Part shown: positions 44,860 through 50,622 of the stretch, piece after piece
How the letters are laid out: each line of letters begins with the position of its first letter
Position numbering within the stretch: position 1 is the first letter of the stretch
Assembly: GCA_031288055.1 (NCBI GenBank)
Contig: JAITSD010000014.1
Coordinates: 1-50,622, forward strand
DNA: 50,622 bases
Direction: 5' to 3'
Origin: Candidatus Opitulatrix roisinitermitis
GTDB taxonomy: Bacteria > Actinomycetota > Actinomycetes > Actinomycetales > Bifidobacteriaceae
Notes under the pieces: generated by a model
The model's database searches: none
Seen by the model: the letters and a program-made list of their open reading frames with translations, nothing else
Told to the model about the DNA's origin: nothing
Made by a program: the position numbers and the translations under genes

Positions 44860-46564
44860 AATCTAAACCAGTTAATTGCTCAACAATATTCTTAGTATTG
44901 GGATTGACTTTTTCTTTGGCGGTTTGAATAGCTTGTTCATTTGTACCAGCTTGCCTTAACCTTTTAATTTCGGAAATTAGAATATTATGTGTGTGTAGAT
45001 TCAATTTAAATGTGGCGGCGTTCCAAAGTGCCCAAATAAGTAAACCGCCCACAAAGAAAACCATTAACATAGTAATGCCAAATCCAGCTGATTGAAATTG
45101 TTGTTGTAATTGCAAATCGTTTACCACAGAATTGTAAGCATCTTGAATTGATACGCCTTTATGGTCAGTGGCAAATTTGGAAATTTTATCAGCTGTTTGA
45201 GAAACTGTTTGATTATATCCAGCTATTGACATAACTATGCCTATTAAAATATTAAAAACAGCATTAGTAAACTTTCTTACAAAAGTCATGGCTCCGGCAA
45301 AAATACCGGCTCTTTTATCTCGAGAAATTATTTCATCTATATCAGCCATCATAGGAAATACTACCCAAGGTATGCCCCCCATAATTTGTCTACCAATTGT
45401 GAAAACACAATGCCCCACAACGACTAATAGCCAAATTAGTTGAGCACTTAAATCGTTGCGTAGAAAATAAGTTATGCCATAGGTTGTGCAGGCTAAAAGA
45501 ATTATGCCAAATCCGAAAATATATAAAACTCTAGGGCCAATTCTAGGTTGGTTTAAAAGCCATGCCCCTATAGGCGAATAGACAAATGTCATAATTAATA
45601 AAGGTATTGCTAAAATAATACCAGCTTGGGCAGGGTCTATGGTTAGAGTTGGTAAAAAAGAAACTGAGGCAAAAATTACAAAAATAGTTGTGTAAGAGTC
45701 AATTACACCAAAAGTGGAAAAATATAGAACTAGGTGTTTTCGAAAAGTTTTTATTCTTAGAGTTAATCCTAAATTAGCAAAGTTTTTAGCAATTATTATA
45801 AAAGGGGATTGAGCGGTTTGTCTTTTGGCTTGTAGATTTGCCAAAATTATATCTCGTTTGGCTTTTGAGGTATGTATAGGATCCCAAGATGATATAAAAA
45901 CAAAGAAGGTAAATAAAATGCCCATAATTCCCCAACATAAAGCTGTGGCGAATAAAGCCCAGGGGCTAACTTTCATACCTTCTGGGGCTGGTAAAATTTG
46001 CATAAAAATGGATGGTACTAAAGCTATTAAAGGTTGTGCTAAACCTGCGGACCACATTCTAACAGTACCCATTTTATTTCTTTGAGTGAAGCTTTCTGTC
46101 ATTTCTGCTGGCAAAGTTTCCCAAGGAATTAAAATTAGATCTAAACAAAAATCGAAAACCACCATGGCTATAAGATAGTAAAGCCATGACCAGCTGGCTG
46201 TTAAAGGAATCCACATGAGCACAAAAGCACAAGATGTTGGTATAGTAAATATTAGAAAAAACCGTCTGCGACCAAATTTTCGTCCTATGGCAAAATGATA
46301 AAAATTGTCAGAAATAACGGCCACTATAGGCGCCCAAATCATATCTATAAAAAGTCTGACACTTATTAAAACTGCGGCAATTCCAGGATTTAAACCGCCA
46401 AATGTGGTTAAAAAATATAGCAACCAAGATCCTATAAGTCCGCCACTACCTGAATTAAACATATCCCAGACTCCCACGCCTAGGGCTCTATGGATTCCAA
46501 CCTCCCCTTTAGTTTTATCAGTTTTGATACTAAAAAAAGTTCTAAAAAAATTGCTATTTGGCAT
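44831..46564 (-). CDS. MFS glycoside-pentoside-hexuronide (GPH):cation symporter family transporter
   Basis: About 12 TM segments. The N-terminal region (GGLIGSWLLYFLT...ISDNF...GRKFGRRRFF) resembles the GPH D..R.G.RRP loop. There is a C-terminal extension of about 100 aa. Confidence 0.75.
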   Translation of the reverse strand: MPNSNFFRTFFSIKTDKTKGEVGIHRALGVGVWDMFNSGSGGLIGSWLLYFLTTFGGLNPGIAAVLISVRLFIDMIWAPIVAVISDNFYHFAIGRKFGRRRFFLIFTIPTSCAFVLMWIPLTASWSWLYYLIAMVVFDFCLDLILIPWETLPAEMTESFTQRNKMGTVRMWSAGLAQPLIALVPSIFMQILPAPEGMKVSPWALFATALCWGIMGILFTFFVFISSWDPIHTSKAKRDIILANLQAKRQTAQSPFIIIAKNFANLGLTLRIKTFRKHLVLYFSTFGVIDSYTTIFVIFASVSFLPTLTIDPAQAGIILAIPLLIMTFVYSPIGAWLLNQPRIGPRVLYIFGFGIILLACTTYGITYFLRNDLSAQLIWLLVVVGHCVFTIGRQIMGGIPWVVFPMMADIDEIISRDKRAGIFAGAMTFVRKFTNAVFNILIGIVMSIAGYNQTVSQTADKISKFATDHKGVSIQDAYNSVVNDLQLQQQFQSAGFGITMLMVFFVGGLLIWALWNAATFKLNLHTHNILISEIKRLRQAGTNEQAIQTAKEKVNPNTKNIVEQLTGLDYDKYVWTGE

Positions 46565-46663
46565 AAGATTTAACCCTTCATCTTTAAATTTAATTTCAAG
46601 TGTTTCGGTGTTACTATTCTAGAATAATTATACACTAAAAAGTTTTAAATTTAATTATTTTGG

Positions 46664-48298
46664 CTAGTTTTCAGCCTTAAAAGTATTAGAATATTCAAAA
46701 GGCGTTAATTGAATTGTTTCATTATAGGCTAGCTTACGGGCTAAACGAGATAATCTATATGCAATAAGATATTTATTTTGTGGGTGTAAATCGTTATATT
46801 CTCCAATGTCCTGAGATAAAATCATACCAGTATTTTCTATTTCTAAAGCTTTTGTTTGTTGATCTCTTATACTGTTCCAATTTTCGTTATAAGTATAAAT
46901 TTGATAGGGTAATTGCACATAAATAAATGGTAGTTGTTGAGCTGTTTTATTTAATTTCTCACGCCAGCTATAGATTAATCTAGTAAATTTCTTATAATAA
47001 TTATTTGGTGAAATAGCATCAGATTCACCTTGATAAAATATAATACCTTTTATGTTAAAATTTGCTAATGGCGAAAACATCCCATTGTATAGGCTTGTAG
47101 CCATATATGTTAAAAAAGTCTGCTTGGGTTTAGGGGGTAAAATAGTACCTCTTTTATATTTCCATTTCCCATCTAAGCAAAAAGCTTGATTATCAGTTGA
47201 TAAAAAATAGGGTTTCCCAGGGGTAAATTCAGCTAAACCATAGTGGTTTATAAGCCGAATAGTTATAACACATTTACCAGTTTTTGAAAATCTAATTTTA
47301 TAATTTCTAGGTGGGTATCGGTAAGAAGTTGTGCCAATTAATTTGCCGTTAAAATAAACATAATCCTCATCAATTATAGTGCCTAAAAATAAATAGGCCT
47401 CTTTATTTTGCAGTTTCTGGGGAATTATAATAGTTTTTCTAAACCATATAGATCCAGTTTTGGCAAGGGACTTATTAAAAGGTTGGGTTAAATTTCGTTT
47501 ATGCCATTTGCTATCGTTATAGGTTAATTTATACCAAGTTTGCTTTAAGCCTTTATCACTAGAATTTAATTGATGATAATATTCCAATTCGGCGGCTGAT
47601 TCTGACTTTATAATAGTTTTTATGGCGTCGGGATTTTTATAATGTTCAGCTTCCTTTTTTAAAGCTGGCATATCTAAGATAGCTTTTTTGGGTAGCCATG
47701 CTGCAATTGGTGTTCCGCCAATAGCACAAACTATTATTCCTATAGGTATATTAAATTTACAATTTAATTCTTTGGCAAAAAAATAAGATACGGCTGATAT
47801 TTGTTTAATAGTTTGTGGTTGAATGTCTAGCCATTTAACATTTTTTTGTAAATTATTATCAAAATCGTTTTGTTCTGTCTGAAAATTATAATTTTCTGGA
47901 ATAGTAAATATACGAATATTGGGGTTATTAGCTTTTTCAACTTCATCGGGAAACATATATTTAGTTCTTTCCATAGTTAATTGCATATTCGATTGACCGC
48001 CAGCCAACCAAATATCACCAATTAAAATATTATGCAAAGTTATTTGGTTGGAAGTAGATTTAACAATTAAAGAATTATTTGATTTGGAAACTTTTAATTT
48101 AGCAAATTTTATTAGCCAGAATCCTTTTTTATTAACAGCGGTTTTATAGGTTTTATTTTGAAATATAATTTCGATTTTTTCATTGGGTTTTCCTGTGCCA
48201 TAAATCTTGGTTTCTTTGCCTTGTTGCAGAACCATATTTGATTGAAAAAGTTTATGCAGTTTCATATTTGAAATTAGTAAACTTGGCCTGTTTGTCAA
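46664..48298 (-). CDS. SASA-family (sialate O-acetylesterase-like) carbohydrate esterase, probable acetyl-xylooligosaccharide esterase
   Basis: LFQSNMVLQQGKE and GDIWLAGGQSNM catalytic Ser block; FYQGESD. No signal peptide. Located in a xylan-utilisation context. The start overlaps the GH43 3' end; M12 (48265) is an alternative start. Confidence 0.75.
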   Translation of the reverse strand: MTNRPSLLISNMKLHKLFQSNMVLQQGKETKIYGTGKPNEKIEIIFQNKTYKTAVNKKGFWLIKFAKLKVSKSNNSLIVKSTSNQITLHNILIGDIWLAGGQSNMQLTMERTKYMFPDEVEKANNPNIRIFTIPENYNFQTEQNDFDNNLQKNVKWLDIQPQTIKQISAVSYFFAKELNCKFNIPIGIIVCAIGGTPIAAWLPKKAILDMPALKKEAEHYKNPDAIKTIIKSESAAELEYYHQLNSSDKGLKQTWYKLTYNDSKWHKRNLTQPFNKSLAKTGSIWFRKTIIIPQKLQNKEAYLFLGTIIDEDYVYFNGKLIGTTSYRYPPRNYKIRFSKTGKCVITIRLINHYGLAEFTPGKPYFLSTDNQAFCLDGKWKYKRGTILPPKPKQTFLTYMATSLYNGMFSPLANFNIKGIIFYQGESDAISPNNYYKKFTRLIYSWREKLNKTAQQLPFIYVQLPYQIYTYNENWNSIRDQQTKALEIENTGMILSQDIGEYNDLHPQNKYLIAYRLSRLARKLAYNETIQLTPFEYSNTFKAEN

Positions 48299-50075
48299 AA
48301 CCAGTTAAATCAATACAGGCGAGTCCTGTAAAGGTTCCTGTGAAAAAACCTCCATAATTTTGTGAAATATAATCGTCGCTTAATTTTAAACTGTCAAAAA
48401 TTAAATTAATAGCTTTCCAAGTTTTTCCTAAATCAAAGGAATACGAAAAATCATAAGTATTATAATTTACGGTCATTTTCAGACCAATTTTATTTATCTT
48501 TTTAGGCACAATAATGGCTTTATTATTTGGCGATAGCCAGCTGGCTTGTTGACCGTTATCTGTGGTGACAATTTCTAAAATCTTTTTTCCAGTTTGCGAA
48601 TTAGAAATTGATTCTAAGTTATTTTCCGTGTTAGTTATGCAAAAAAAAGTCCAATTTTTTGTATTGTAATAAGCGGTTAATCCAGCTTGTTGTTGGTAAG
48701 TGCTTGGTGAAAAATCTACAAATACGCTTGTAGTAAATTGCCGATCTTGCCAACGCCTTAATATGTGTGATTGTGTGAAAAGCGATGTTAAAGATTGTTT
48801 ACCAAATAGTTTTAATTCGCCAAAATCTAAGTTTGTAGAGTTTGTGGTTTCTTGGGATTTTTCTTTATAGACTCCTAGTTGATTTGTGAAAGGTATTCGT
48901 AAAGTTTGCCAATGGAGTGGTAAAGCATATTTTGAATGTTTACCGTTATTAAAATTGTCGAAATAAATTTTTTGATTATTGAGTGTTTGATTATGATTTG
49001 TGGTTTCTGTTTTATCTGTTAAATTTGGAGCATCAATTTTTTTAGCTCCTTGCTGTCCACCCTTTATATAAGGCCAGTTGTTTTTATTCCATAGAACCCT
49101 TTGGATAGCTGTTTCTCTGCCTAGGGGGCAAAAACCTCTAGGCATAGTGGTAGACTGAGTTTTGTATTTAAGGGGTCGACTAGCTAAGTGTATGAAATAG
49201 AAATCATCTTTGGTAATATCGAAAAAATTATTATTAATTGGTTGATTAATTCCTATTAAAGAGCCATGCCCGCATTTTTGTAGATAATTATTCGGGTAAT
49301 TATAGGCCGATAAAAATACTTTATCATTAGTAAATCCTGGAGCGGTTTCAAAAAGACTATTTAAGCTTTTGGATCTAGCCACCACTTCTTGATGCGTGTA
49401 GGTTGTGCCACCTTGGGCACAGAATAAATAATAGTAAAAATTAGTCTTCGTTTTGATTTTATATAGATGCGGCCCCTCAACTAATTTTGCCTCTGTGCCT
49501 TTATAGATTATTTTTGACTTTTCAGGCAAAAGTTTTTTCTCCTTGACAGAAAACTCAGTACATTGAATCCCAGCGAATTGTGTTTTATATTCGCGGGAAT
49601 CCCAATACACATTAAGTAAATATTTTTTGCCATCTGTATTGTGAAAAAGCGAGGCGTCAAACCCTGAACAGTTTAATTTTATTGGATTTGACCAAGGTCC
49701 AAAGATGGATTTAGCGGTGGTTAAATAATTTGTGCAATCTTTAAAACAGCCCTCTGTAACTTTAACATCGGCGTAAACTAGCCAATATAAACCATCAGAA
49801 TATGATAAATCGGGTGCCCAAACGCCTGCAGAATCTGGGTTGCCTCGCATATCTAAAAATTGTAAAGTGTTGAGCGGACGGGTAATTAATTTCCAATTTA
49901 TTAAATCATATGATTTATGAATTTGAACTCCAGGAAAATATTCAAATGTGGAACAAGCTATATAAAAAACCGTTCTGCCATTTTCATCCAAACCTTTTAT
50001 AATGCTAGGATCAGGATTAAAACCTTTTAGAACAGGATTTATTATTTTTACCTTTGACACTTTTAATTCTAGCAA
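48252..50075 (-). CDS. GH43 beta-xylosidase/alpha-L-arabinofuranosidase with C-terminal beta-sandwich domain
   Basis: NPVLKGFNPDPSI, GVWAPDLSY, EGPHLYK are GH43 catalytic blocks. No signal peptide. The ORF-track start is TTG 50075. GTG at 50060 is the likelier true start, since the TTG is part of a TGcTAGAAT element. Confidence 0.85.
   Translation of the reverse strand: MLELKVSKVKIINPVLKGFNPDPSIIKGLDENGRTVFYIACSTFEYFPGVQIHKSYDLINWKLITRPLNTLQFLDMRGNPDSAGVWAPDLSYSDGLYWLVYADVKVTEGCFKDCTNYLTTAKSIFGPWSNPIKLNCSGFDASLFHNTDGKKYLLNVYWDSREYKTQFAGIQCTEFSVKEKKLLPEKSKIIYKGTEAKLVEGPHLYKIKTKTNFYYYLFCAQGGTTYTHQEVVARSKSLNSLFETAPGFTNDKVFLSAYNYPNNYLQKCGHGSLIGINQPINNNFFDITKDDFYFIHLASRPLKYKTQSTTMPRGFCPLGRETAIQRVLWNKNNWPYIKGGQQGAKKIDAPNLTDKTETTNHNQTLNNQKIYFDNFNNGKHSKYALPLHWQTLRIPFTNQLGVYKEKSQETTNSTNLDFGELKLFGKQSLTSLFTQSHILRRWQDRQFTTSVFVDFSPSTYQQQAGLTAYYNTKNWTFFCITNTENNLESISNSQTGKKILEIVTTDNGQQASWLSPNNKAIIVPKKINKIGLKMTVNYNTYDFSYSFDLGKTWKAINLIFDSLKLSDDYISQNYGGFFTGTFTGLACIDLTGFDKQAKFTNFKYETA
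50066..50074 (-). promoter_or_regulatory. Extended -10 promoter (TGcTAGAAT) 5 nt from GTG 50060, at the head of the xylan-oligosaccharide operon
   Basis: The minus strand reads tTGcTAGAATtaaaaGTG. The TTG proposed as the start codon by the ORF track supplies the TG of the element. Confidence 0.4.
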
Positions 50076-50119
50076 ATTTATTTTTTGTTTTGAAATCTAC
50101 TGTATACTAAAAATTAAAT

Positions 50120-50622
50120 ATGTTAAGTAATAATATTCAAAGTGAATATGGAAATAATAGTTCTAATGACAAAATAATTGATAAAGATTTATTACAAAAT
50201 GGTGATACTCGAAATGTGGTTGATAAATATCGTTTTTGGACAAATCAAGCTATAAAAACTGATATGGCAAAAACAGCTCGGCCTTTTGAAATTGCTGTGG
50301 AAAATTTGCAAAGAGATTTTAATGTTGGTTCAATTATTAGGTCAGCTAACGCTTTTGGCACAAGGCGATTTCATTTAGTTGGTCGAAGAAGCGTTAATCG
50401 TCGCGGGGCTATGGTGACAGACAAATATATTGATATGAATTATTTTGTTAAAGTTAGTGATTTGGACAAATATGCTAAAAGTAATAATATGACAATTGTG
50501 GGTATAGATATTTTAGTTGGATTATCTAAATCTTTAGAAAATTATATTTTTCCGCCTAATCCAATTTTATTTTTCGGTTCGGAATCTCAAGGTCTGTCAA
50601 AACCTGCTCAAAAAATATGCCA
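50120..50622 (+). CDS. TrmH/SpoU-family RNA 2'-O-methyltransferase (3' end beyond window)
   Basis: Hand translation from ATG 50120 stays open to the window end: ...NLQRDFNVGSIIRSANAFG...TIVGIDIL...ILFFGSESQGLS, matching SpoU motifs 1-2. It is absent from the ORF track because no stop codon is reached. Confidence 0.7.
   Translation, partial: MLSNNIQSEYGNNSSNDKIIDKDLLQNGDTRNVVDKYRFWTNQAIKTDMAKTARPFEIAVENLQRDFNVGSIIRSANAFGTRRFHLVGRRSVNRRGAMVTDKYIDMNYFVKVSDLDKYAKSNNMTIVGIDILVGLSKSLENYIFPPNPILFFGSESQGLSKPAQKIC

Noticed and set aside
2865-46085. Short ORFs in the supplied track lying inside larger genes, mostly antisense, one same-strand out of frame: 2865-3062, 8148-8333, 13896-14120, 15273-15491, 15724-15969, 20682-20951, 29468-29680, 30956-31159, 37141-37326, 40620-40829, 44375-44566, 45237-45443, 45825-46085
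   Set aside because: Each is fully embedded in a longer ORF that has strong family motifs. Their translations are low-complexity, Leu/Ile/Phe/Lys-rich strings with no recognisable motif, promoter element or Shine-Dalgarno. Such shadow ORFs are expected in AT-rich DNA, where stop codons are depleted on the strand opposite genes.
46305-46622. 105-aa plus-strand ORF overlapping the 5' part of the GPH transporter gene and extending into the intergenic region
   Set aside because: It lies mostly antisense to a well-supported 12-TM transporter. It has no start-site signal of either type used in this window. Its sequence is a hydrophobic mirror of the transporter codons.
1-50622. CRISPR arrays, tRNA/rRNA genes, insertion sequences, integrases, prophage or toxin-antitoxin modules, retron/DGR reverse transcriptases
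   Set aside because: Every intergenic gap was read by eye. All are under 160 nt except 1-459, are AT-rich, and lack spaced direct repeats or cloverleaf-capable GC-rich segments. No ORF shows transposase, recombinase, reverse transcriptase or nuclease-NTPase defence-type motifs.
1-50622. Alternative genetic code (TGA read as Trp), given the low G+C content
   Set aside because: TGA terminates several well-delimited genes at the expected protein length (prfA, mnmA, the ion channel, prmC). Trp is encoded by TGG throughout conserved motifs.

Overview
Densely coding, visibly AT-rich bacterial chromosomal window (roughly one-third G+C judged from sampled lines, not computed). I recognise about 43 credible protein genes and no rRNA, tRNA, CRISPR array, transposase, integrase or phage gene. 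Gene content and local synteny look like Actinomycetota: prfA-prmC, dnaJ-rsmE, ftsH followed by a DUF3180-like membrane gene, comEA-comEC, a FadD15-like ligase, a nitrobindin-like gene and a GlfT2-like galactofuranosyltransferase. The composition is unusually AT-rich for that phylum. Layout: (1) 0.4-22.4 kb, housekeeping and envelope genes, mostly on the minus strand. (2) 22.5-32 kb, an FtsX-type ABC pair, rpmB-rplU-rpmA, an ion channel, a VanY-like peptidase and ppdK. (3) 32-42 kb, a cell-envelope glycopolymer locus (flippase-like protein, GlfT2-like GT, Wzm/Wzt exporter, two TagF-like glycerophosphotransferases) with an orphan beta-class DNA methyltransferase embedded in it. (4) 43-50 kb, a minus-strand glucuronoxylan-oligosaccharide operon (GH43, SASA-type esterase, GPH symporter, GH67). 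Points most worth a second look: (a) a 7-TM PQ-loop-like membrane domain fused in frame to a CyuA/YhaM-type L-cysteine desulfidase, sitting directly upstream of a CxxC-type mnmA; (b) a recurrent TGnTAnnnT extended -10 element exactly 6 nt upstream of the start codon of at least ten operon-first genes, implying widespread leaderless mRNAs; (c) the methyltransferase inside the glycopolymer locus. I see no recognisable defence or mobile system. All family calls come from motif recognition by eye and memory, and no database search was run.
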